In this document: piece by piece, positions 8,890 through 18,814 of the stretch
Position numbering within the stretch: the first letter of the stretch is position 1
Layout of the letters: the number at the start of each line of letters is the position of its first letter
Assembly: GCA_963845755.1 (NCBI GenBank)
Contig: CAWJTV010000011.1
Location: 320,001-384,000 of the forward strand
Length of the DNA stretch: 64,000 nucleotides
Reading direction: 5' to 3'
Origin: an uncultured Planctomycetota bacterium
GTDB taxonomy: Bacteria > Planctomycetota > Planctomycetia > Isosphaerales > Isosphaeraceae
Notes under the pieces: model-generated
The model's input: the letters and a program-made list of their open reading frames with translations, nothing else
Told to the model about the DNA's origin: nothing
Databases searched by the model: none
Translations under genes and position numbers: made by a program

Positions 8890-10881
8890 TCACGGTCGAA
8901 AGCGATCGAGCGTGAGTGGCCCGGCCGTCATGCGATCCAGCATCGTCCGCATCCGATCGAGGAGGGGTTGTGCGGCGGTCTCTCCGGCGAGGTTGCGCGC
9001 TTGCAGGGGATCCCGGTGCAGGTCATAAAGGCCCTCTTCGAGGGTCTCGCCCCGCCGGACCTGGAGATAGATCGAATCCCCCTCGGCCAGAGATGCCCAC
9101 ACCGGTCGATCTCCGAGCAGGTGCGCCGGGTCCGGATCGAGGGGGTCGGACGAAGCCAATTCCGACAGCGCCGGCTCGAGACCGGGCGGGTTCATTGCGG
9201 TCGTCGAGGGCGGGCTGTCCCAGTGCCGCGCCAGCGTTGTGCCGGGGAACGGCGATCCGGCCTCGAGACCCAGTAAGTTGACGACCGTCGCCGGCAGGTC
9301 GCGGAGACTCACCGTCTCGGACACGACCCGTGGCGGCGTTCTCGCCGCCGTCGGCGGGACGATCACCAACGGCACGTGAACCTGGGGTTGATAGAGGCTC
9401 GTCCCGTGGATGAAGGCGCCGGGCTGCTCGCCGAAGCTCTCGCCGTGGTCCGAGGTGACGATCAGCCAGGTCCGCTCGAGGACCCCGCGCCGCTCCAGCT
9501 CGTCGATCAGCCGGCCCAGTTGCTCGTCGAGGTCGGCGACGCATTCGTCGTAGGCATCGCGCACGAACGCGAGCTCCCGCGCCGAGAGCCTGAGCTTATC
9601 CACGGTCCGCCAGTTTTCGAGGAGGTCCATCTCGCGGTCGGTGCGTGGCTTCGCGCCGAAGCGATGGAGGCTCCCCTCCGGGACCCGATACGGATAATGG
9701 ACGTCGTAGTAGTTCAGGAAGGCGAAGAAGGGCCGCTCCGGCTGCCGGCGGCTTGATAGCCAGTCGAGGAATTCGCGACTGACCACCGCCGCGGGCTTGC
9801 GATTGCCCGCGTCGAACCACTGGAACAGATCGGGGAGCAGGGACACCGCCGCGCGTTCCCGGAGGAACCGATAGATCGCGCGCAGTCCCTCCACCGACCG
9901 GTCGACCAGCGCGGCCGGCTTGAAAGCGCCGAGGCCCGGGAAGATGTAGTCCTGGTAGCGCGTGAAACCCCGCGCCAGGCCCGTGTCGGTCCCGCAATAG
10001 AACAAGTTGGCGACGAAGCCGGCCGTGGCATAGCCCCGCGACCCGAGATACTCGGCGAGGGTGGGATGGGTCGCGTCGAGCGGGGTGAGCCAGCCGGCGG
10101 AGAGCTCGTGCGGCCACCGTCCCGTGAAGAAGCCGGCGTGAGACGGAAGCGTCCACGACGAGGTGGCCTGCACCCGGTCGAAACGGATGCCGCGCCTTGC
10201 CAGGAGGTCGAGAGTCGGGCTGGTCGGGCGGCCGTAGCCGTGGAGGCTCAGGTGATTGGCCCCGACCGTATCCAGGACGATCAACAGCACGTTCGGGGAA
10301 CCGGACGCCGGCAGCGGCCGCGCCGCCTCGCGCCACTCCTGGACCCGATCGCCGGCCCAGACCGCCGCCGCCAGAAGCGGCGTCAGTCCCGCCAGCACCG
10401 GGAAGCTCAGCCCCACGAACCGGCGAAACCCGGCGGCATGCCGCCCCAGGACCGGGACCAGCCAGGCGGCGATCCCCAACACCAGCAGGAACCCGGCGAT
10501 CCCGTAGATCCGAGGAAAGGCGGCCCAGACCAGCGGAAGGAGGGTCAGGGCGCAGAGCAACCGGGCGGCCAGCCGGCTTCCACGACCCGGCCAAACCCAG
10601 GCGACCCCCGCCAGGACCACGCCGAGGACCAGGAAGATCAGCAGGTTCGTCAATGGGATCAACCAGACGAAATGTCGGCTCATCCAGTAGAAGTGATTGA
10701 GGTCCAGCGTATGCTTGCGCAGCACGATCGCGCCGACCTCCAGCGGACCGGCGACCAGCGCACACCAGGCCGACAGGAGGACGACGTGATGGGGGCGCAA
10801 CCGATTGTCACCGGCACCCGGCACCGGTAGGACCACCGTGCCGATTCCCTCGGAGATCGCCGTCGGACTGTTCATCGGCAT
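8890..10881 (-). CDS. Membrane-anchored sulfatase-like hydrolase/transferase (alkaline phosphatase superfamily)
   Basis: About 5 N-terminal TM segments; PNVLLIVLDTV, WTLPSH..FTG, VHYPY, TSDHGE. Confidence 0.85.
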   Translation of the reverse strand: MPMNSPTAISEGIGTVVLPVPGAGDNRLRPHHVVLLSAWCALVAGPLEVGAIVLRKHTLDLNHFYWMSRHFVWLIPLTNLLIFLVLGVVLAGVAWVWPGRGSRLAARLLCALTLLPLVWAAFPRIYGIAGFLLVLGIAAWLVPVLGRHAAGFRRFVGLSFPVLAGLTPLLAAAVWAGDRVQEWREAARPLPASGSPNVLLIVLDTVGANHLSLHGYGRPTSPTLDLLARRGIRFDRVQATSSWTLPSHAGFFTGRWPHELSAGWLTPLDATHPTLAEYLGSRGYATAGFVANLFYCGTDTGLARGFTRYQDYIFPGLGAFKPAALVDRSVEGLRAIYRFLRERAAVSLLPDLFQWFDAGNRKPAAVVSREFLDWLSSRRQPERPFFAFLNYYDVHYPYRVPEGSLHRFGAKPRTDREMDLLENWRTVDKLRLSARELAFVRDAYDECVADLDEQLGRLIDELERRGVLERTWLIVTSDHGESFGEQPGAFIHGTSLYQPQVHVPLVIVPPTAARTPPRVVSETVSLRDLPATVVNLLGLEAGSPFPGTTLARHWDSPPSTTAMNPPGLEPALSELASSDPLDPDPAHLLGDRPVWASLAEGDSIYLQVRRGETLEEGLYDLHRDPLQARNLAGETAAQPLLDRMRTMLDRMTAGPLTLDRFRP

Positions 10882-11183
10882 GAGCCCGCCACTCCCGCGA
10901 CCCCTTCAGCGGGTGGATGAGACGGTCCGGGGGTCCTCATCGGGTGGCGAAGGGTTCGGTCCGATCCGTCCCGCTCTTGCCACTTCCAGCCGGCCACGAT
11001 GAGAGGCGAGGGCCACCCCAACCGCCGCGCCACTCGGTGGACCTCACGCCGCCTCGCGACTCTCGGCACAACCCTACAAAAAAATACCCCCCCTTATCCC
11101 CCTGATCAAGAGAACAAGGGGGAGCCGGGGAGGATGGGAGCATCGCCGGTGATCGCAGGGAACGGGCCGGGGAATCGAGCCGT

Positions 11184-12216
11184 TCAGTAGGAGTCGGAGC
11201 TGATGACCTCGTTCCCCTTGGCGGAGGCGAGTGACTGGAAGGTATAGAGGTTGACCGAGTTCTTGATGAACCGGACGCTGCCGTCGCACATGCCGACGTT
11301 GACCCCACCGGGGTGCTTGCTGCGGACGTTGTTGAACAGTCCGACGCCGGTGTAGGTCCCGCCGCTGCTCACCGCGTAGGTCGCGCCGGTGCAGGGAGGG
11401 TTCGGGGGCACGTTGCCACAGTAGCTCGATCCCTGCAAGACGTCGGGATACGAGGAGTTCGGCGGATACAGCCCGGTGAACATCGGGGCGTAGCCCCACC
11501 ACGAGAAGCCGCGGAGATCCCAACCCTGTCCCACCAGGACCTCCGACGTCATCATGGTGACGCTCAGTCCATCCGGGATCGACGCGAAATTGACCGTGGG
11601 CGAGACATTCGGTCCCGAATACCCCGTGATGTCCGTGGCGGGTGCGCCCATGTCGGTAAACGGTGCGCCGCCGAAGGCCAGCTTGATGTTGTTCCAGAGG
11701 TAATAGGGGGTCTGGTCGCTGATCGTATTGCCGAAATTGACGACGTAGTTCTGCGACGTGACCGAGAAGGACGTCGCACCGAGGGTCATGCGTGACGCCG
11801 ACCTTGTTCAGATTATTGGGATCGGTGGGGCAGTAATACGCGTTGACCCGGCTGGAGGTGACTGTGATGTTGGCCGCGCCGCCATAGCGGAAAATGCTGC
11901 CCACCGCCTGATCGTTGCGGCTGTCCCCGTAGGAGTTCCAGGCATTGAACAGTGGCTGCTGTTCGATATAAGGCAGGACGAAGACGAGCCAGGTCCCCCA
12001 GCAGCACCCCTTGATTCCCGGCGGCAGGGAACCCTGCTGATCGTGGTAGTTGTGAAAGGCGATGCCCAACTGCTTGAGGTTGTTGGTGCACTGGGCCCGG
12101 CGGGCGGCCTCGCGGGCGGCTTGCACAGCGGGCAGGAGCAGGGCAATCAGGACCGCGATGATCGCGATGACGACGAGCAGCTCGATCAGAGTGAAACCGC
12201 GATGACGATGATTCAT
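11184..12216 (-). CDS. DUF1559 prepilin-type protein with H-X9-DG C-terminus; frameshift near 11790
   Basis: [14 protein letters not shown]...[17 protein letters not shown]-terminal [14 protein letters not shown]...EVISSDSY. Confidence 0.9.
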
Positions 12217-12384
12217 GGACGAGTATCTCCTTCCCAATGTCGAGATCGGAAACTACCGAGGGATGAGGCGAGGAACCGCCTCCCACACCGCTGACAGCCG
12301 GCTCCGACCGGCGGATGAGAGGATCGGACCGCGAGGGCGGCGAGATCGGGAGGAAAACAAATCGACGCCGTGCGTGGTCTTGGC

Positions 12385-12837
12385 TTACTTCGTGGTGAGC
12401 GTAAAGGTCAGGTCGTTCGAGACGCCCTGCTTGATCTCGGCCTTCAGATCCGATTGGGCATTGTATTTCGCGGGGATCAGCTCCTTGGCCAGTGCAGAAC
12501 GGCCGCCACCCCCGGGGGATTGCGGCTTCCCCTTTCCTCCGCCCCGATCGGGCGCGCTGATCGAAACATTGTACCTGCCGGGAATCAAACCATAATCGCG
12601 GGAGATCGTGAATCGGCCGCTCTTGATCGTGCTTCCTCCTCCGACCGCGCCACTCACCGGGTCCGCCGGCGCGAACTGGATCAGGCCCTCAGCCAGCGGC
12701 TGTCCATCCAACGTCACCGTCCCTGTGACCGCTTCCCGGGGCAAGCCGTCGCCGGACGCGGAGCAGCCGGGGACGGTCAAACCGGCGATGAGCAAGAGAA
12801 GCGGGAGGAAGCATCGACGGTGATATCGAATCATCAT
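12385..12837 (-). CDS. Small lipoprotein of the type that accompanies DUF1559 genes (carboxypeptidase-regulatory-like fold)
   Basis: Lipobox VPGC; VTGTVTLDGQPL..G.IQF; GLIPGRYNVSI; IPAKYN. Confidence 0.85.
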   Translation of the reverse strand: MMIRYHRRCFLPLLLLIAGLTVPGCSASGDGLPREAVTGTVTLDGQPLAEGLIQFAPADPVSGAVGGGSTIKSGRFTISRDYGLIPGRYNVSISAPDRGGGKGKPQSPGGGGRSALAKELIPAKYNAQSDLKAEIKQGVSNDLTFTLTTK

Positions 12838-13543
12838 GTTCCTCGTATGTAAAGGTTCGAGTCATCGAAGTCGGGCATCGCCGGGAGTGAACCGTCCCGG
12901 GCCGGGCGACATCCGGCGGTCGGTCCTCCCTGCTCTGATGAGACCGGTGATCACCCTTCATCCGGCGAACGGTAGGATCAGAAAGGGCTGGATCTCATCC
13001 GCCGACCTCGACCAGCAACGTCCCCATACCCGACGATTGGAGGCAAAATGCCGGTGGAGTGACAAGATCTCGTCATCAACATTCGTCGGAAGAGTGCTGG
13101 TGTGTTTACAGGCGCAACCTCCTTCGGTGGATCACACAGGTTTCAGTCAGTAGGACGGATCCGAAGCTGGGCTGCGATGGAGAGGTCGTACCCGAATTGG
13201 GACAACGAACGAACCCGACCTCAGAGAGTCCGTGTGACTCCGAGAGGATTTCGGTAAAGAGAGAATCGAATTCGTGACATAGGTAACACTGCTATTCAAC
13301 CGACTTTTCCCGAGTTTGCAAGAAAAAAATCCGAAAATGGCGTATTTGGTATCCGAGGAAATTCGGAGATGCGATCGCAGTCATCCCGGTTCGGATGGCG
13401 GGGAGGGGCGCGACCCTGTCGGCACCGGGAGGCGGGGCGAGTCCCCCCAAGGTTGGACCTTGGGCCTGCTGGCCTTGCGCACGAGGGTCGACGCGCCGGT
13501 CTGACGTTTCCGGGCAACGCGCGGAGACGCTTCGATGGACCGA

Positions 13544-13604
13544 GTCGGGTGGGTGAAACCCACGAATGAAATGGCCCGATCCTGGTGGGTTTCACCCACC
13601 CGAC
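13544..13604. repeat. REP-like palindrome, family A
   Basis: GTCGGGTGGGTGAAACCCAC...GTGGGTTTCACCCACCCGAC; spacer resembles that at 1-58. Confidence 0.8.
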
Positions 13605-13721
13605 AAGGGCCGGACGCCGTCCTCGGTGCGTTTCTTAGGAATTGCCGGCAACGTCATCGCCAGCACATACTACGAAAGATGAGCGAAGCGGACGCGGGCT
13701 GGGGCCGACGGGGAGACGGGC

Positions 13722-16675
13722 ATGACCAGGAGTGGGCGGCGGTGGTGGCTGGTGTGTTCGCTGGTCGTGTTCGCCGGGGGGCTGATCTACGGCGGGAGGC
13801 GATTGTGGCGTGCGTGGAGCTATCGGACCGCCGTGGTGGAGATTCAGACGCAAATCCATGCCGGCCGGCATGGAGCCGCCGCTCGCAACCTGGCCGCGCT
13901 CCTGGACTGGGAGCCGGGTTCGGATGAGGCCGCGTACCTCCTGGGCGTTTGCGAGAAGGCGCGAGGCCGGACCGCGGCCGCCGACGAGGCCTGGGCCCGG
14001 GTCCCACCCCGCTCTCGATTCGCGGCTTCGGCCATCCTGGGCCGCGCCAGCTTGCTGGTCGATGGCGGGCGGTTCGCCGACGCCGAGGGGCTCCTCACTC
14101 GAACGGCGGACGATCCGGGAATCGACGGTCTCGGCCTGCGGCGGTTCCTGGCGTCGCTCTACTGGCACCAGGGGCGGCAGGAGGAGGCGAAACGGTCGAT
14201 CGAGGCCAACTGGGACCGCCTGAATCAAGAAGGCCGCGGCGGGTCGGACCAGGCCATCGAGCTTGTGCGGCTGTACATCGCGCTGAGGGTGGGGAGCTCG
14301 TCGGTCGAATCGGTCCGCAGCTTCCTCGATCGCGCCGCGGCGCTGGCGCCGGAGGACGATCGGGTCTGGTTGGGGAAGGCCAACCTGGCGATCCGGCAAG
14401 GCGCGTTCGACGAAGCGGCCCGGTGGCTCGACGCCTGCTGCGCGCGTCGCCCCGAGGACGTGCCGGTCTGGCGAGCCCGGCTGGACTGGGCCATGGCGAT
14501 GGGCCGGGTCGCGGAGGCCCGCGAGGCCCTGAGGCATCTGCCGGTCGAGTCGACGAGCCGGGCCCAGGTGCACCGCCTGACGGCCTGGTTCGCCGCCCGT
14601 CGCGGCGATGTCGAGTCCGAGCGGCGCGCGCTGGAGCGGCTCCTCGTCGCCGACCCGGACGACGGACTCGGCCCTCGACCGGCTCGCCGAGCTGGCGGTC
14701 CGGGGAAAGCAACCGGCACGCGCCGCCGAGCTGCGCGGTCGGAAGGCCGCGCTCGATCCGCTGAAGTCTCGCTACAAGGAGTTGTTCCTGCGCGAGCAAC
14801 CCGTGCGGGATGCGCCGGAGATGGCCCGCCTGGCCGAGCAACTGGGCTACCGATTCGAGGCCGAGGTCTTCCTGGCCGTGGCGGCCCCGTCGGGAGCCGG
14901 CCGCCCGGACCTCCGGGAACCTCGGGCCAGGCCCTCGCCTCCCGATGACGATGACGCGGCCTATCGGCCCGGGCTGAGCCTGGCCGAGGCGCTGGCCACC
15001 GAGCTCGAGGCCGTCACGGCCGTCCCGATCGCGACCGGCCGGCGCCGCATCGATGGCGCGCGCCGGCTCGTCCGCCGCCGGCATCCGTTTCGAGGACCAC
15101 GCCGTCGCGGCCGGCCTGGCCCGCCGCTTCGATAGCGGCGAATCCCCGTTCCATCAGATCCCCGAAGTCTCCAGCGGTGGGATCGGACTGATCGATTTCG
15201 ACGGCGATGGCTGGCTCGATGTCTATGCGCCCCAGGGAGGCCCGTTCCCGCCCCAGCCGGGCCGGACCGGCCAGGGTGATCGACTCTTCCGGAATCGTCG
15301 CGACGGCACCTTCGAGGACGCGACCGCATCGTCGGGCCTGGCCGGCCTCCCCGGTGGCTATAGTCATGGCGTCGCGGTCGGCGATTACGATAATGACGGT
15401 CGCGCCGACCTGTTCGTCACCCGATGGCGGTCTTACGCCCTCTATCGCAATCGCGGCGACGGCACGTTCGAAGACGTGACGGTCGCGGCCGGCCTGGGCG
15501 GCGACCGCGACTGGCCGACCTCGGCCGCCTTCGCCGACCTGGACAACGACGGCGACCTCGACCTCTACGTCTGCCATTACCTGAAGTGGGATGCCGACCA
15601 TCCCCCCCTCTGCCAGAACCGGACGCGCTCGGCCACCATCAGTTGCGATCCCCGCGGCTACGAACCGACGCCCGATCACGTCTTCCGCAACGACGCCGGC
15701 CGCTTCACCGACGTGACGGCCCAGGCGGGGATCGTCGATCGCGACGGACGGGGCTTCGGCGTCGTCGCCGTGGACGTCGACGACGACAACCGCGTGGACC
15801 TCTTCGTCGCCAACGACCAGTCGGCCAACTACCTGTTCCGCAACCGCGGGCACTTCCGGTTCGAGGAGCAAGGCTTGATGGCGGGGGTCGCCTGCAATGC
15901 CTTCGGCGGCAATCAGGCGGGCATGGGGGTCGCCGCGGGGGACCTCGACGGCGATGGCCGGCCCGAGCTGGCCGTGACCAACTTCTACAACGAGTCGACC
16001 ACGTTGTTCCGGAACCTTGGCGACGGCCAGTTCGCCGACGCCACGACGGCCGTCGGCCTCGCCGTGCCGAGCCGCGAGCGGCTGGGCTTCGGCATCGCGT
16101 TCCTCGACGCGAACAACGACGGCCGGCTCGACCTCATCACGGCCAACGGCCATGTGAACGACTACCGGCCCGAGATCCCCTATGCCATGCCCGTCCAACT
16201 CCTGCTCGGGGGGCCCGGCGGACGGTTGACCGACGTCACCACGCAGTCGGGTCCCCCGCTGCTCATCCCCCACATCGGCCGGGGACTGGCCATCGGCGAC
16301 ATCGACAACGATGGGCGAGTCGACGCCATCATGGTCGCCCAGAACGAGCCCCTGGTTTATCTCCACAACCGCACCGCGGGAGGACACTTTCTCACGCTCG
16401 AGCTGGAAGGGACGGCATCCAACCGCGACGGCGTCGGAGCCCGCGTGGTCGTCGAAGCCGGCGGATTGCGGCAGGTCTCGCAACGATTCGGCGGCGGCAG
16501 CTTCCTGTCGGCCCACGATCCCCGGCTCCATTTCGGGCTGGGGCCGGCGACCCGCGTCGATCGGCTCGAAGTGCGCTGGCCGTCGGGCCGGGTTGACCGG
16601 TTCCAGGACCTCGCTGCCGACCGGAGGTATCGGCTTCGCGAGGGGGATCCGTCGTCAGTAGGCAGCAGTCCGTAG
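13722..16675 (+). CDS. TPR + FG-GAP/VCBS + ASPIC/UnbV (CRTAC1-like) protein; frameshifts near 14660 and 15050
   Basis: N-terminal TM, TPR-like helices, repeated D(F/Y/L)DxDGxxD motifs, SNRDGVGARV..LHFGLG..VRWPSG C-terminus. Confidence 0.87.
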
Positions 16676-16718
16676 GATCCTCATCCGGAGGATCTCGACG
16701 CCGTGCACGCAACGTGCG

Positions 16719-16878
16719 AATTCGAGATTCCTGATTCGAGATTCCTGATTCGAGACTCCTGATTCCTGATTCGAGATTCCTGATTCGAGACTCCTGATTC
16801 CTGATTCGAGATTCCTGATTCCTGATTCTGTAAAGTAAAATTATATATTTTTGAATCTGGAATCTCGAATCTGAAATC
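16719..16878. repeat. Heptamer tandem array with inverted counterpart
   Basis: 16 x GATTCCT/GATTCGA/GACTCCT-type units (16719-16830), 20-bp AT-rich spacer, 4 inverted units ttgaatc tggaatc tcgaatc tgaaatc (16851-16878). Confidence 0.92.
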
Positions 16879-16919
16879 CTTATCGATTGCGACCGAAGGC
16901 CTCGCCAGGACAGAGGGCA

Positions 16920-18791
16920 ATGCAACAATCGGGCACATCCCGAAGCCGGAGGATCCTGTTCCTCGCCGCGATCCTGGCGGCCGTGTTGGGATCGGCGACC
17001 GCTTTCGTGTCATGGCGCAATACTCCGGGAGTGAGCCTTCACCCGGTGGACACCGGCTCTCCCTACGAGAACACGCGGCTGGAGGTCAAATATGTCGGCG
17101 ATGCAGCCTGTACCCGCTGCCATGCGGAGATTGCCGAGACGTACAGCCGGCATCCGATGGGCCGCTCCCTCGCCCCGATCGCGTCGGAGAAAGACGACCG
17201 GGGCGGCCCCGTCCGGTTCGAAGCCCTTGGGTTCGAATACTCGATCGAGAACCGAGACGGCCATGTCATTCATCGAGAGGCGCGACGGGATGCCTCGGGT
17301 CGTCTCATCGCCCAGAATGAGGCGGAAGTCCGGTTTGCGATGGGTTCCGGGAGACAGGGGGTCGCCTATCTGATCGAGCGCGACGGTTTCCTCTTCCAGT
17401 CTCCCATCAGTTGGTACTGCGCAGCGCGGCGCTGGGGCCTCTCTCCCGGGTATGAGAAGGCCAACGTCCACTTCGACCGGCCGGTCCAGGAAGATTGCTT
17501 GTACTGCCACGCGAACCGGGCCCAGCCGGTTGCGGGCACGGTCAATCGGTATCGGTCGCCGATCTTCCAGGGGCACGCGATCGGCTGCGAGCGTTGCCAC
17601 GGGCCCGGCGAGCTCCATGTGAAGCGCCCGCGGGTGGTCGACGGGCGAGATACCACGATCGTCAACCCCGCCGCCCTGGAGCCCTCGCTGCGAGACGCCG
17701 TCTGCCAGCAATGTCATCTGATCGGACACCAGCGCGTGGTGCGGCTGGACCGTCGGGCCGAGGAGTATCGGCCCGGCTTGCCGTTCTATCGGTTCTGGAC
17801 CGTGGTGGAGTCCGCGAAAGGCCCGGCCGAGGATCGGTTCGTGGGCCAGGTCGAGCAGATGCACGAGAGTCGCTGCTTTCGCGCCAGTGCAGGCCGGCTG
17901 GGGTGCATCTCCTGTCACGACCCCCATCGGCTGCCGGCACCCGAGGAGACGGTGGCCTATTACCGGGATCGCTGCCTGGAATGTCACGCCGAGCGGGGTT
18001 GCCGCCTGCCGGCCGAGGTCCGGCTGGTCCGGAGCCGCGACGACGATTGCGCCGGCTGCCACATGCCGCGTTCGCGCAGCTCGGACATCATTCATGCCGC
18101 GACGACGAATCATCGGATCCTCCGCCATGCGGACCGGCCCGATCGGTCCTCGATCGCGACTGGGGAGCAGCACGACAATCCCCGGCCGGTCGTGAGCTTT
18201 CACCATGACCTGATGACGGAACTGGAGCGTGCCGCGGTCGAGCGGGACATCGGCGTGGCCCTGTGCCGCGACGGGCCGGCGGCTGCGACCGTCGCCTTGC
18301 CGTTGCTCGAGGCGGCGCTGGCGGCACGGCCGGATGACGTGACGGCCTGGGAATCCCGGGGGTTCGCGCTCGCCCAGCTCGGTCGGGTCGAAGAGGCGCT
18401 GGCCGCCTTCCGCAAGGCCCTGGAGCAGGAGCCGGACCGCGAATCCGCGCTGACGCGAGCCGCGTACGCCGCCGCCCGGGGGCACCTTCAGGAAGCCATC
18501 GCCGACTGGCGGCGCGACATCGCCCTCAATCCCTGGCGGTCGGATTACCGCGCCGCGCTCGCGTTCCTGTATTTCCAGGCTCGCGATTGGGCCGCCGCCG
18601 CTCGGGCCTGCCAGGAGACACTCCGCCTGAATCCTGCGAACCTCGAGGTCAGGAAGCTCCTGGTCCGTTGCGATCTCCGCCTTCAGGATCTCGAGGCCGT
18701 GCGCCGGGAATTCCAGACCCTGCTGGGATTCAATCCTCCCGACCGCGATGAGCTGATCCGATGGTTCACCCCGCTGTCGGGGACCCGATAG
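16920..18791 (+). CDS. Multiheme c-type cytochrome (7 CxxCH) with C-terminal TPR
   Basis: CTRCH, CLYCH, CERCH, CQQCH, CISCH, CLECH, CAGCH; N-terminal TM; TPR helices. Confidence 0.9.
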   Translation: MQQSGTSRSRRILFLAAILAAVLGSATAFVSWRNTPGVSLHPVDTGSPYENTRLEVKYVGDAACTRCHAEIAETYSRHPMGRSLAPIASEKDDRGGPVRFEALGFEYSIENRDGHVIHREARRDASGRLIAQNEAEVRFAMGSGRQGVAYLIERDGFLFQSPISWYCAARRWGLSPGYEKANVHFDRPVQEDCLYCHANRAQPVAGTVNRYRSPIFQGHAIGCERCHGPGELHVKRPRVVDGRDTTIVNPAALEPSLRDAVCQQCHLIGHQRVVRLDRRAEEYRPGLPFYRFWTVVESAKGPAEDRFVGQVEQMHESRCFRASAGRLGCISCHDPHRLPAPEETVAYYRDRCLECHAERGCRLPAEVRLVRSRDDDCAGCHMPRSRSSDIIHAATTNHRILRHADRPDRSSIATGEQHDNPRPVVSFHHDLMTELERAAVERDIGVALCRDGPAAATVALPLLEAALAARPDDVTAWESRGFALAQLGRVEEALAAFRKALEQEPDRESALTRAAYAAARGHLQEAIADWRRDIALNPWRSDYRAALAFLYFQARDWAAAARACQETLRLNPANLEVRKLLVRCDLRLQDLEAVRREFQTLLGFNPPDRDELIRWFTPLSGTR

Positions 18792-18814
18792 TCCTTTTCC
18801 CCAGTGATGGCGTT

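Noticed and set aside
12925..12990. Hammerhead-like CTGATGAG...CGAA with a plausible stem II
   Set aside because: Core continues GAAC rather than GAAA and I could not build convincing stems I and III
16719..16830. Possible CRISPR array
   Set aside because: Contiguous 7-bp units without unique spacers; no cas genes in the window
16681..17013. ORFs with NQESRIR repeats (also 16392-16928)
   Set aside because: Translation artefacts of the heptamer array, overlapping real genes on the other strand
16920..18791. Anammox or hydroxylamine-oxidoreductase-type cytochrome
   Set aside because: Seven hemes plus TPR architecture and a heterotroph-like gene context; no hzs/hao-type neighbours
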